Source of the DNA: an uncultured Fibrobacterota bacterium | GTDB lineage: Bacteria; Fibrobacterota; Chitinivibrionia; Chitinivibrionales; FEN-1185 | Reading direction: 5' to 3' | DNA: 64,000 nt | Assembly: GCA_963729895.1 (NCBI GenBank) | Contig: CAVSQB010000002.1 | Location: 1 to 64,000 of the forward strand | Shown: one piece after another, positions 18,148-27,856 of the stretch | How the letters are laid out: each line of letters opens with the position of its first letter | Numbering within the stretch: the stretch's first letter is position 1 | Translations under genes and position numbers: made by a program | Notes under the pieces: generated by a model | Seen by the model: the letters and a program-made list of their open reading frames with translations, nothing else | Database searches by the model: none | What the model was told of the DNA's origin: nothing

Positions 18148-19788
18148 ATGATGGATTCAAAGGGCTTTCGCAACGGCCAGCCTCCCCGCAAGGTGAGAGA
18201 CGTCGCGGAAGAGCTCGGACTCGATACCGAAGCGATTCTTCCCCACGGCCACTATATCGCCAAGGTTCCTCTTGATGAATATGAGTCAAGAAAAAAGAGG
18301 CGCGACGGCAACCTCATTCTTGTCTCGGCAATGACCCCTACCCCGCAGGGCGAAGGCAAGACAACCACCACCGTGGGGCTCGGCGACGCGCTTCGCTGCC
18401 TGGGCAAGAAAACGTCCATTTGCGTGCGCGAGCCGTCGCTCGGGCCGTACTTCGGCATCAAAGGCGGCGGCACGGGCGCGGGACGTTCCCAGGTTGTGCC
18501 CGCCGAAGCGGTGAACCTGCATTTTACCGGCGACATGTATTCGGTGACAAAGGCGAACAACCTGCTTGCGGCAATGGTAGACAACCACCTCCAGCACGGC
18601 AACGAACTTTCCATAGACCCCCGGCGGGTGGTGTTGCGCCGCGTGATCGACCTCAATGACCGCGCCCTGCGGGAAATAGTAGTCGGCCTCGGCGGGGTAA
18701 AGAACGGGATCCCCCGCAAAGACGGTTTTAACATCACGCCCGCGTCGGAGGTCATGGCCATCCTGTGCCTGTGCCGCGATTTCTTCGACCTCGGCGACAT
18801 GCTCGGCAGGATGGTGGTTGCCTACACCTACAAAGGCGAACGGGTGTTCGCCCGCGACATCCAGGCCGTGGGCGCCATGCAGGTGCTTCTCCGCGACGCG
18901 ATAGACCCAAACCTTGTTCAGACCATGGAGGGCACGCCGGCATTCGTGCACGGCGGGCCGTTTGCCAATATCGCCCAGGGCACAAACACCGCCATCGCCA
19001 CGCGCATGGCGCTCAAACTCACCGATTACGTGGTGACCGAGGCGGGCTTTGCAACCGACCTGGGCGCGGAAAAATTCTTCCATATCAAGTGCCGCATCGC
19101 CGGCCTTACTCCCGCCGCGGCCGTGATCGTGGCGACAACAAGGGCCGTTGAGTATCATGGCGGGTACACGCAGGACGGCGGGCTCGGCAACCTCGCCAAG
19201 CACATAGAAAACATCAGGCTGTTCGGGCTTGAGCCGGTGGTGGCCGTCAACCGCTTCGACAACGACAAGCCCAAGGACCTTGACAGAATAGTATCGTTCT
19301 GCGCAAAACAGGGGGTCGAGGCCGGCATTGCTTCCCATTTCCGCGACGGCGGCAAGGGCGCGGTTGGCGTTGCACACGCGGTGCTGCGCGCTATTGACAA
19401 GCACGCGACGAAAAAACTTACCTTTTTGTACCCGCTGGGCATGCCGCTTGACAAAAAGATCGAAACGGTTGCGACAATGGTGTATGGAGCGGACGGCGTG
19501 ACGTTCGATCACGCGTCACGGTCCGAGCTCGACCTTATCACCAGGCACGGCTATGGCAACCTGCCGGTGTGTATCGCGAAGACACCGTTATCGCTTTCCG
19601 ACGATCCCAAACTGCGTGGACGGCCCAAAAACTTCCGCATCACGGTCAATGACATCAGGGTGTCGGCAGGCGCCGGGTTTGTGGTGGCCATTTGCGGCAA
19701 TATCGTTACCATGCCCGGGCTTCCCAAAGTGCCTGCCGCGGCAAAAATAAAGATCCTGGCAAACGGCAAGGCGGTGGGGCTTACGTAG
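18148..19788 (+). CDS. fhs: Formate--tetrahydrofolate ligase
   Basis: TPTPQGEGKTTT; REPSLGP.FGIKGG; NLHFTGD; HGGPFANIA; TEAGF..DLGAEKF; MPGLPK.PAA. Confidence 0.97.
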   Translation: MMDSKGFRNGQPPRKVRDVAEELGLDTEAILPHGHYIAKVPLDEYESRKKRRDGNLILVSAMTPTPQGEGKTTTTVGLGDALRCLGKKTSICVREPSLGPYFGIKGGGTGAGRSQVVPAEAVNLHFTGDMYSVTKANNLLAAMVDNHLQHGNELSIDPRRVVLRRVIDLNDRALREIVVGLGGVKNGIPRKDGFNITPASEVMAILCLCRDFFDLGDMLGRMVVAYTYKGERVFARDIQAVGAMQVLLRDAIDPNLVQTMEGTPAFVHGGPFANIAQGTNTAIATRMALKLTDYVVTEAGFATDLGAEKFFHIKCRIAGLTPAAAVIVATTRAVEYHGGYTQDGGLGNLAKHIENIRLFGLEPVVAVNRFDNDKPKDLDRIVSFCAKQGVEAGIASHFRDGGKGAVGVAHAVLRAIDKHATKKLTFLYPLGMPLDKKIETVATMVYGADGVTFDHASRSELDLITRHGYGNLPVCIAKTPLSLSDDPKLRGRPKNFRITVNDIRVSAGAGFVVAICGNIVTMPGLPKVPAAAKIKILANGKAVGLT

Positions 19789-19941
19789 GCAAGGCATGCT
19801 TCCCCGGTGAAGTGCATGAAGGCCGGCCTTTTGCATCCGCGAAGTATCATCAAACATCTTCGCATCCGCCTTCTCCCGTATTTATTTTACTGGAATCGCG
19901 GTCATTTTCTGTTGGAAATACATCACCTACAAGGAGGTTTC

Positions 19942-20136
19942 ATGAAACGGTTCATCGGGTTTGCGGCGATGTGCATAGTCCTGGCCTTTTGTGTTTCCTG
20001 CACCAACACGGAAAAATGCCTGCAGAAAGCGGGGTATCAGGACTGCGATAACCTGAAAAAGGCGTTCAATCTCCAGAACAAGGACGAGGCGATCAAGTAC
20101 CACGATCTTTGTGTCAAGTGCGGCTGTAAAGAATAG
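19942..20136 (+). CDS. Small Cys-rich lipoprotein (64 aa)
   Basis: AAGGAGG RBS; signal peptide with lipobox-like VSC; followed by a terminator. Confidence 0.8.
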   Translation: MKRFIGFAAMCIVLAFCVSCTNTEKCLQKAGYQDCDNLKKAFNLQNKDEAIKYHDLCVKCGCKE

Positions 20137-20154
20137 CTCCTGCGGAATTTTCCG

Positions 20155-20191
20155 GTGACAGGGGGGAACGCAAAGCGTTTCCCCCTGTCAC
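20155..20191. terminator. Strong hairpin downstream of the small lipoprotein
   Basis: GTGACAGGGGGGAACGC AAA GCGTTTCCCCCTGTCAC. Confidence 0.65.
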
Positions 20192-20277
20192 ATTCCGCCT
20201 CGTGCGAAGGTCCCGCGCGTTTTTTCCGGTTGCAACCACCTTGGGAAGATAGTACGATTAGCTAAGACGGCATTACC

Positions 20278-21567
20278 GTGCAGGAGCACGCAGTGATCCT
20301 CGACGAATCCACAAGCCTCTTCTTCCGTTTCGGCGTCGCGCTGGTGATCGGCATACTCGTGGGGCTGCAGCGCGAATACGCCTCCGATGCTCCCACGAAA
20401 GAGCTGCCGGCCGGCGTGCGCACCTTCGGACTTCTGGGCCTGGTCGGGTGTTCTGCGGCGCTGCTCTCCGACCTGTTGAAGTCCCCGTGGCCGTTCGTGG
20501 GCACCGTCTTCACAATGGGGATTTTTTTCGGCATCAACTACTACCTCGACGCGGCGAAAGGGAAACCGGGCCTGACCACCAAGGTTTCGCTGATTCTTAC
20601 GCTCCTTGCGGGAGGCCTCACCTATTGGCCGCACACGCTCACGCTTGCGGTGGCCGTTGCCGTCACGATGACCGTCTTACTGTCTGTTAAGGTCCAGCTC
20701 CACCGCTTTGCGAGACACCTCACGCACGACGACGTGTTTGCGGTGCTCAAGTTCGCGGTGATTACCGCCATTGTGCTGCCCATCGTTCCCAACCGGGTCT
20801 TCGGGCCGCCGCCCTTCGACATTTTCAACCCGTTCAAACTCTGGCTTTTTGTGGTGTTTATTTCGGGCATCAGTTTTGTGGGGTATGTGCTTATCAAGGT
20901 GGCCGGGGCCAACAGGGGCATCGGCCTCACCGGCCTCCTGGGCGGCCTGGCCTCAAGCACTGCCGTTACGCTGAGCCTTTCGGGCCGCAGCCACGACCAC
21001 CCGAACCTTGCAAGGCCCTTTGCTCTGGCCATCATCGTGGCGTGGACCGTCATGTTTCTCCGCGTACTCGCGGCAGTGGCGTTCCTCAATGTTGCGCTGG
21101 TGCGGCCGATCCTCATCCCGGTCGCCGCTTCGGTAGCCTCGGGCCTCATCTACTGCGTGTACCTCTATGTCCGGCAGCGCACCGAAAAGCACCGGCACGA
21201 TTTCGCTTTTGACAATCCGTTCGAACTGGGCATGGCCATCAAGTTCGGCCTCCTGTTCGCGCTCATCCTGCTTTTTTCCCGCGTCGGCCAGGTGTACTTC
21301 GGCAACGTGGGTGTGTATCTGTCAAGTTTCCTTTCCGGCATGGCCGACGTGGATGCCATCTCCTTCTCCATGGCCAAGCTCAGCCGCGGCGTAGGCGGCC
21401 TCGACCTCGGCATCGCGGCGCGGGCAATCGTGATCGCGGCAACCGCCAACACGATCGTCAAAGGCGGCATCGTGTTTTTTACCGGCACCAAAGATCTCAA
21501 GCGCGCAATACTGCCCGGGTTCGTGCTCATGACCGTTGTCGGCGCCACCCTCTCGTTTGTGATTTAG
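20278..21567 (+). CDS. MgtC/SapB-family membrane protein with DUF4010 region
   Basis: IG.LVGLQRE; AGVRTF; GLTT; FNPFKLW; GGLASSTAVT; GMADVDAI; many TM segments. Confidence 0.9.
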   Translation: MQEHAVILDESTSLFFRFGVALVIGILVGLQREYASDAPTKELPAGVRTFGLLGLVGCSAALLSDLLKSPWPFVGTVFTMGIFFGINYYLDAAKGKPGLTTKVSLILTLLAGGLTYWPHTLTLAVAVAVTMTVLLSVKVQLHRFARHLTHDDVFAVLKFAVITAIVLPIVPNRVFGPPPFDIFNPFKLWLFVVFISGISFVGYVLIKVAGANRGIGLTGLLGGLASSTAVTLSLSGRSHDHPNLARPFALAIIVAWTVMFLRVLAAVAFLNVALVRPILIPVAASVASGLIYCVYLYVRQRTEKHRHDFAFDNPFELGMAIKFGLLFALILLFSRVGQVYFGNVGVYLSSFLSGMADVDAISFSMAKLSRGVGGLDLGIAARAIVIAATANTIVKGGIVFFTGTKDLKRAILPGFVLMTVVGATLSFVI

Positions 21568-21741
21568 TCCGCATTATTTACAGTGACGGGAGGGAGACGC
21601 TATCTTCTTCCTCTCCTTGTGGGAGAGGGGGTGGCGGACAAGCGCCGCGTCCCCCGCGTCCCGCCGGCGCATTTCCGCCCGCACGGCGGCTTATCATCAA
21701 CTATATTCTGATTTTACGGTCGTCACGCGGAACACAACACC

Positions 21742-22662
21742 ATGCTCCTCAACTATCCCGAATACGAATTCACCCCGGTCCTCGGCTGGTCCATTTCCCG
21801 GTACGAGCTATTTGACAAATGCAAGAGGCAGTATTTCTACAACTATTATCCCAAATTCGTACCCGGCGTCCCTTCCTACAAGGTGACACAGCTGAGGAAC
21901 ATGACCTCGGTTCCGCTGGAAACCGGGAATGTGGTGCACGACATCATCGAGGCGTTCCTGAGGCGGCTTCAGAAGAGCGACAGCACCATCGACGAAAACA
22001 GGTTCCTCACCTTCGCGCGGGAAAAGACCGACGAATATTTCTCGACAAAGACGTTCATCGAAACGTATTACGGGACGCAGGCGGCTCTCGACCGCGAAGC
22101 CGCGTTTGCCAAAATAGCGCGGTGCCTGCGGAATTTTGTGGAAAGCCCGGTGTACAGCTGGCTGTTTATGAAGGCGATCACCAACAAAGACAATTGGATG
22201 ATAGAACCGCGCGGCATGGGCGAAACCCGTATCGGCGGGATCAAGGCCTATTGCAAGATGGACTTTTTGTTCCCTGTTGACAACGACGTGTGCATTCTCG
22301 ACTGGAAGACCGGTGCCAAGGACCCGTACAAGCATTCCCAGCAGCTCATCGGGTACGCGGCGGCGGCAAGCTGCAACTTCGGCATTCCCCGCAGCGCCAT
22401 ATTCCCGAAAATCATCTACCTTCATCCGGAATTCGAGGAATTCGAAATCACTCTCGCGGAGACGGATTTTCAGATGTTTTTCGAAAGAATACGGGCGCAG
22501 ACCGGGGAGATGCAGGCGTGCTGTTCAGACGTGGAACGCAACGTGCCGAAGCCGCTGGAGGAATTTCCCCAAACTCCGTCGCCGGCCGTCTGCAGGTACT
22601 GCAATTTCCAGGAACTGTGCTTCGGCAAAAAAAATGCACCCGGCGCACCGGGTGCATTCTAA
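21742..22662 (+). CDS. PD-(D/E)XK nuclease (AddB/RecB/Cas4-like, standalone)
   Basis: WSISR...C.RQYF; G.VVH; D...ILDWKTG; QL.GY; C-terminal CRYC.F..LC Fe-S motif. Confidence 0.88.
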   Translation: MLLNYPEYEFTPVLGWSISRYELFDKCKRQYFYNYYPKFVPGVPSYKVTQLRNMTSVPLETGNVVHDIIEAFLRRLQKSDSTIDENRFLTFAREKTDEYFSTKTFIETYYGTQAALDREAAFAKIARCLRNFVESPVYSWLFMKAITNKDNWMIEPRGMGETRIGGIKAYCKMDFLFPVDNDVCILDWKTGAKDPYKHSQQLIGYAAAASCNFGIPRSAIFPKIIYLHPEFEEFEITLAETDFQMFFERIRAQTGEMQACCSDVERNVPKPLEEFPQTPSPAVCRYCNFQELCFGKKNAPGAPGAF

Positions 22663-22684
22663 ATATTCCCAAGAGTAAACCAAC

Positions 22685-24424
22685 CTATATCTTTTTGGGC
22701 GGGACCTTTGCGCCCGTGTCGGGGCTCAATATTTCGGGGGCCGGCGTCGACGTGTCTACCTTCCGTCCCTGGCGACGCGCCTCCGCCCTCAGTTCTTCCA
22801 CGCTGTTCATGGGTTCGCCAAGGTGCAACGTCATGAATTCGGCGTCGTTCGCAAGTTCGCAGTCGGGAGTGTTCTTAAGAACCCACTTGTAATTGACCTC
22901 GGCAAGATCCGACTTGTTAAGGTATTCGTCGTAAATGAACCCGATCATAAAGAACGTATTGCACCGTTTGCTCTTGTCGTTCACCAGAACGAGATAATCG
23001 CGGTAGTTCTTTATGGCGTCGGTGTATTCGCCCTTTTCCGACTGCACCTTTGCCAACTCGGTGTACGACTTCCTGCCTTCGGGCGTAAACGGGAACGACG
23101 ACACGAGACTGCGGTACCCGCTGGCGGCTTCGGTGGTATTTCCCGTGTCCCGCATCGAGTCGGCATGCGCCATGACGGTCACCGGATTGCTGTATTGCTC
23201 GTCTTTGTATTCGGGAAGCTGGTAGACGATGGTGTGCTTCTTGCGCAGCGCATAAATCATGCTGTCGACCTTGATGTAAATCGCCTTGGTGAGAAAACGC
23301 GATACGGTACGGTTGACGCTTGCCGTGTCTGCATGCGTTGCCGATCCACGGTCGTCCCACATGGCATAGACGCACATCTGCGTGTCGATGGAGACCCCGG
23401 CCCTGGCCTTGGGAACAAGATCGGCGTTCACGTAGTTCGTGGCAACTTCGACTTTCCAGGCCCACTCAAGAACGGCCTTGACATTCTCCTGTGAGGCGAA
23501 GCCGGACTTCTTTGCGTCCTCGCTGAACAGCTTCCATTTGAGGAGCCATTTTGCAAGATCGGCCCTGCCGGCGGGAGTATTATACATGGAACGCTGGGAT
23601 TCGGGCAGCCAGCTCAGAATAACGTCCATGTCGCCTTCGGTGATGACCTTGCCCTTGCCGTACCAGTCTTTGAGCGAGTCCGGGAATTTCTGCTTGTATT
23701 TTTCTTCGTATGATTTCCGCATGAAGAAATTCGGCAGGTCGCCCCGCACCATGTACATCCAGCGGTTCCTTACCTCGGCAGTGTCGACCTTCGAAGTGTC
23801 TTTGGGATCGCGCTTCTTGAACAGCGAATCGGGAACCGGATATTTAGCGAGGAACAGTGCCTTCACGATCTGGTCCCTTACTTCCGGAAGGGTCTTCTGT
23901 ATGACGGTGTCCTTCTTCACGGTTTGCGCCGGGGCGGCGGGCTTTGCCTTCGACGTGTCTTTGGCATTTGCCGCTTTGGGCGCGGGCACGGAAACATTGA
24001 TGGTCGACTTTACCTTAAAGGAATCGATGCGCGACTTGTAGTACGACTCCAATTCCCTGTCGGTAAAGCCCAGGTTGCCGTCAAGCACTTTCTGGAGGTA
24101 CATCTGCGCAGGAAAATACCTCTGTTGCCATTCCCAACTGGGATCCGACTTGAGCTTGCCGGTGTACGATTTCGCCGCGCCGTCGCCGGAAAGAACCTCG
24201 GTTGCGATGATGAACGTTGAAAGCGATCGGTCGCCGGGGAAGAAATCGCCGGTGTACGTCGGATACAACCGTCTCATTTCCCAGAAAGAGTTGTAACTCT
24301 CTTTGGTGATCTTGGCGCCGTCAATGGTGCCGATGGTGTCCTTGGCCTTGTCCTGCTTCTGGCAAAACGAAACCAGCGCGATCATGAGCACGAGCGTGCA
24401 GGAGCGTACGACCTTGATATGCAT
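22685..24424 (-). CDS. Exported TPR-containing protein (probable lipoprotein)
   Basis: Signal with VSFC; C-terminal TPR helices (Y.DAIKNY..YL, FMIGFIY.EYL...AEVNY..VL). Confidence 0.75.
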   Translation of the reverse strand: MHIKVVRSCTLVLMIALVSFCQKQDKAKDTIGTIDGAKITKESYNSFWEMRRLYPTYTGDFFPGDRSLSTFIIATEVLSGDGAAKSYTGKLKSDPSWEWQQRYFPAQMYLQKVLDGNLGFTDRELESYYKSRIDSFKVKSTINVSVPAPKAANAKDTSKAKPAAPAQTVKKDTVIQKTLPEVRDQIVKALFLAKYPVPDSLFKKRDPKDTSKVDTAEVRNRWMYMVRGDLPNFFMRKSYEEKYKQKFPDSLKDWYGKGKVITEGDMDVILSWLPESQRSMYNTPAGRADLAKWLLKWKLFSEDAKKSGFASQENVKAVLEWAWKVEVATNYVNADLVPKARAGVSIDTQMCVYAMWDDRGSATHADTASVNRTVSRFLTKAIYIKVDSMIYALRKKHTIVYQLPEYKDEQYSNPVTVMAHADSMRDTGNTTEAASGYRSLVSSFPFTPEGRKSYTELAKVQSEKGEYTDAIKNYRDYLVLVNDKSKRCNTFFMIGFIYDEYLNKSDLAEVNYKWVLKNTPDCELANDAEFMTLHLGEPMNSVEELRAEARRQGRKVDTSTPAPEILSPDTGAKVPPKKI

Positions 24425-24517
24425 AGAAAAGCTCTCCGATGATGTGTAGGTTTGAAACCCGGTGCGTGCCGAACAAAGTAGATTTTTCACAGTTGACCCT
24501 TCCCCCTTCTCTGAGTG

Positions 24518-24880
24518 TTACTTGAGCGCCGCCACCGCCTCGTCGATATCGTCGTAGATTTCCAGAAGCGTCGTGGCGCCGATTATTTCGATTATCTCAT
24601 ACACGTTTTCGTTGACATTAGCTATCTTGAAACTCCCGTTTTTCTCCTTGGCCGATTTGCTGAAGTGAAGCAATATGCCGAGACCCGTGCTGTTGACATA
24701 GCGAAGTTTCTTGAAGTCGGCGACGATGTTGATAAAGCCGTCGTCAAACAGGTTGCAGATCTTTTCCAACACGGTTTCCACGTTGGTGGCATCGAGATCG
24801 CCGACGAACCTCACCATTTTCGTATTGGAGTGACCCTTGACGTCATCGTATTCCAGTTCAATCTGAGACTCCATACTCAT
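24518..24880 (-). CDS. STAS-domain anti-sigma-factor antagonist
   Basis: GDLDA; DFKKLRYVNSTGLG phospho-Ser motif; 120 aa. Confidence 0.92.
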   Translation of the reverse strand: MSMESQIELEYDDVKGHSNTKMVRFVGDLDATNVETVLEKICNLFDDGFINIVADFKKLRYVNSTGLGILLHFSKSAKEKNGSFKIANVNENVYEIIEIIGATTLLEIYDDIDEAVAALK

Positions 24881-25671
24881 TCCTCTCTTAATTTTGTAAC
24901 ATGCACCGACGTGCCTTCACCCGAAAAATTTATGTCGAGGCTGTTTGAAAGCATTTTGATAAGCGCAAGACCGCGCCCGCGCTTTTGACCCATTTTTGCG
25001 TCCGGCGTCTTGGGTATGGCCATGGAGAGCGCCTTGAGGTTTTCGATCTTGTCGGGATCGCTCGCGTTGATGACCTCAAGTTCGATCTTTTCACGGTCGA
25101 TGTTGATGTTGAGGTCTATGTTCTTCCTCACTTTTTCCGAGCCGTGCTCCACGGCATTGTTGCACACTTCGTCGACGATAGTTTCGATGCGGAACGAATC
25201 GCGCTGCGTGTAGCCTTTCTGGCGCGCGATCCGGCTCACCATTTGCCTCACCGGCGGCACGAATTGCAGTTGCGGCGGGAACGACAGCCACACCTTTTCC
25301 GATTTGCGTTCCACCTCCCAGTGATAGGCGTTGATCGCGGTGCGCATCTCGTTGTAGAATTTGAATATTTTCGTGGCGCCCATGGCGCTGAGTTTCGACT
25401 TGATGTCGAGGCTCACACCCGTAATCACAAGGTCGCCGCCGCGTTCGACCAAAAGCTGCCTGCACCCCATGAGCTGCCCGATTGCGGCGGACGAGACATG
25501 CGTGACGCCGGACATTTCGGCAATCAGGAAATTCTGTTTCGTCTCGAGTACCGAATCGAACTCCTGGTGAATGTACCCGATACTCTCCGGATCCAGGGCG
25601 CCGTCGATCTTCCACATGGTAAGGTCGGGCCGTAGCTCCACGGGCTGTTTCTGGATCTTGAGTCCTGGCAT
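24877..25671 (-). CDS. STAS plus anti-sigma-factor-type HATPase fusion
   Basis: N-terminal STAS (GALD, HVSSAAIG); C-terminal DEVCNNAVEHG and RGRGLALI. Confidence 0.88.
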   Translation of the reverse strand: MPGLKIQKQPVELRPDLTMWKIDGALDPESIGYIHQEFDSVLETKQNFLIAEMSGVTHVSSAAIGQLMGCRQLLVERGGDLVITGVSLDIKSKLSAMGATKIFKFYNEMRTAINAYHWEVERKSEKVWLSFPPQLQFVPPVRQMVSRIARQKGYTQRDSFRIETIVDEVCNNAVEHGSEKVRKNIDLNINIDREKIELEVINASDPDKIENLKALSMAIPKTPDAKMGQKRGRGLALIKMLSNSLDINFSGEGTSVHVTKLREE

Positions 25672-25753
25672 ACGCGGATTCCGATTCCTGGTTTGGTCGC
25701 CTCAGGCGCGCCGAACAGGTGTTGTATTTGTGAATTCCGGCCTCTGCACCGGG

Positions 25754-26215
25754 CTACGCATCTTCCCGTTTTCGCACGACCCGCACGGTTGTCATGTTGT
25801 CTGCGCCCACTTCAAGCTTGATCTCCTCGGACAGCAGCCGGACAATCTCCAGTCCCAGACCGCGCGCATCCTTGTCCTGCAGATAATCGGCACGGTGCGC
25901 GTCGGCGTTCTTCATCACATTCTTCAGCCTCTCCACGTCGTCTTTTCGCCCGCCCTGATCGTTGACCTGGAATTCAAGACGGTCGGCGAATATCTTGCAC
26001 ACGATTTCCACGGTTGCGTCCACGGTGCGCGATCCGTGGATAATTGCGTTGTGGCAGATTTCGTCCACAATTACTTCGGAACGGTACGCGAATTTCGGAG
26101 TAAATTTGTTGACCGTGAGCGTCTCGGCAACAAATTTCCTTACCGGCGCGACATAATCGAGGTCGGAAGGAAATTTCACCTTGAACACATAGGGAGTTTC
26201 GTTATCCATTGACAA
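25754..26215 (-). CDS. RsbW/SpoIIAB-like anti-sigma factor kinase
   Basis: DEICHNAIIHG; V.DQG; RGLGLEIVR. Confidence 0.88.
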   Translation of the reverse strand: MSMDNETPYVFKVKFPSDLDYVAPVRKFVAETLTVNKFTPKFAYRSEVIVDEICHNAIIHGSRTVDATVEIVCKIFADRLEFQVNDQGGRKDDVERLKNVMKNADAHRADYLQDKDARGLGLEIVRLLSEEIKLEVGADNMTTVRVVRKREDA

Positions 26216-26251
26216 TTTCGTGTCCTTCCCCTGTCGGAAACACCCGCAGTC

Positions 26252-26587
26252 CTATTTGTCACCGTGAAGAATGAAGCCCTCGTCGCCCGAGCTCACAAGG
26301 CCCTTCTTGACCAGAACCTCGACCAGGCGGGAGGTAATGGAGAGAAGCGTGGAAAAAGTGGGCGCCTCGTTGAGCCCCTTGATCCTGGCGCCCGCCTGCG
26401 CGTCCTTTTCCGATGAGCCGCGAAGCGAGTCAAGGACGCATTCCATAACGAACATTATCTCGCCGTAGGTAAGATTTCCCTTACGATAACTGGAAAAATC
26501 CTGAATCGCGGCAAGGATGAGGTCGTTGAGTTTATTAAATTCATTCTGGTCGTCGAATACGTTCTTATAGGATCCTATTTCGGGCAT
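26252..26587 (-). CDS. Hypothetical protein leading the partner-switching operon
   Basis: GAGGGG RBS before ATG 26587; same strand as the downstream genes; no recognisable domain. Confidence 0.65.
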   Translation of the reverse strand: MPEIGSYKNVFDDQNEFNKLNDLILAAIQDFSSYRKGNLTYGEIMFVMECVLDSLRGSSEKDAQAGARIKGLNEAPTFSTLLSITSRLVEVLVKKGLVSSGDEGFILHGDK

Positions 26588-27143
26588 CGCTACCCCCTCG
26601 AGCCTTTTCTTCAAAATGTATGCGCGTCAGGGCCTGTGGATTCGGAAAAACATGTCATAATATAATAAATAAACGAGTACCCGGAGAAATATTTGAACGC
26701 TAAACCTGATTTTCGGCTTTTGCGGATTTGCGACAAAAAGGACTGAATCGGCGCAAATTTCGGCAAAGCATTAATACGCTTAAGGGAAAAATTTATTTAT
26801 GGTATTGTCGAGAAGGCGGATGGATGCGGCGGTGGTTCCGGGACCGGAGCCGAAATTTCCATCCTTGGCTCCCTCAGCAGCACGTCCTTCCAGGAGGTCA
26901 CGCGGCAGCAATACACAATGCATTTCATGTCGTCTATCCCGTGCGCGCTTTTCAAAAGGAGATTGCTTCGCTTGCTCGCAACGGCGCCGTCCCTTCCGGA
27001 TGCACGGATCTTTGCAGGCGACTCCCGGCGGACAATTGGATTGTGCAGACGCTCCATAAGAATATTCTCTTGTCGCTAATTGATATTTTGCACCGGCGCA
27101 GTATAGATTGTATATTTTCAATCATATTGCGCGGTGGAACTTT

Positions 27144-27854
27144 ATGGTAAAATTCATCGTTTTCTTCGACAATGAGCTGGTGAAATCCTACGAGCTCGAC
27201 GACTCCGTCATTACGATTGGACGCCTGCCCGAGAACACCATCTGCATTTCCAACATGGGGATATCGCGCCGGCATTCGAAGATCGAACGGGATTCCAACA
27301 ACGCCTATGTGCTGTCGGACCTCAATTCGCTCAACGGTACCTATGTCAACAACACCAAGGTAAAGAAGATCGCGCTTTCCCACGGCGACAAGATCACCAT
27401 CGGCAAATATACCATTTTGTTCGAAGATGCCTTGACAAGAGATATCTCCAAACGCTCCGATACCGCAGTCCCCGCCACGGTTCCGCTCGACGAGGAACTC
27501 GCCATGATCGACCCCCCCCAGCGGGAGCAGACATCGGTGGTGCCGGAAGAGCAGAAAGACGAATCCAACGCTTCGGCCGTCCTCATCGAGATCAACAAGC
27601 ATGTAATTTACAAACTGGACAAACCGCTCACCACGCTGGGCGTGTCCGAAAACGACGACATCTTCGTCTCCGGTTTCCTGGTTGACGAAGGGCATGTGGT
27701 CATCGAGCGGGAGGGCGACGCCCTGTGGATCAGATGCCAGAAGCTTCTCGGACAGTTCAAGGTGAACGGCAAGAAGACAAAGAACCATCAGCTGCAGCAC
27801 AAGGACAGGATCGAAATCGGATCGAGCACCTTTCGCTATATGGAAAATACCTAA
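27144..27854 (+). CDS. Tandem FHA-domain protein
   Basis: First FHA has IGR...ISRRH...SLNGTYVN; the second is degenerate (LGV...H...KVNG...DRIEIG). Confidence 0.9.
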   Translation: MVKFIVFFDNELVKSYELDDSVITIGRLPENTICISNMGISRRHSKIERDSNNAYVLSDLNSLNGTYVNNTKVKKIALSHGDKITIGKYTILFEDALTRDISKRSDTAVPATVPLDEELAMIDPPQREQTSVVPEEQKDESNASAVLIEINKHVIYKLDKPLTTLGVSENDDIFVSGFLVDEGHVVIEREGDALWIRCQKLLGQFKVNGKKTKNHQLQHKDRIEIGSSTFRYMENT

Positions 27855-27856
27855 CC

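Noticed and set aside
26797..27057. 86-aa ORF or ncRNA in the long gap before the FHA gene
   Set aside because: No recognisable domain, weak RBS and no convincing RNA fold; left unannotated, though a small gene cannot be excluded.
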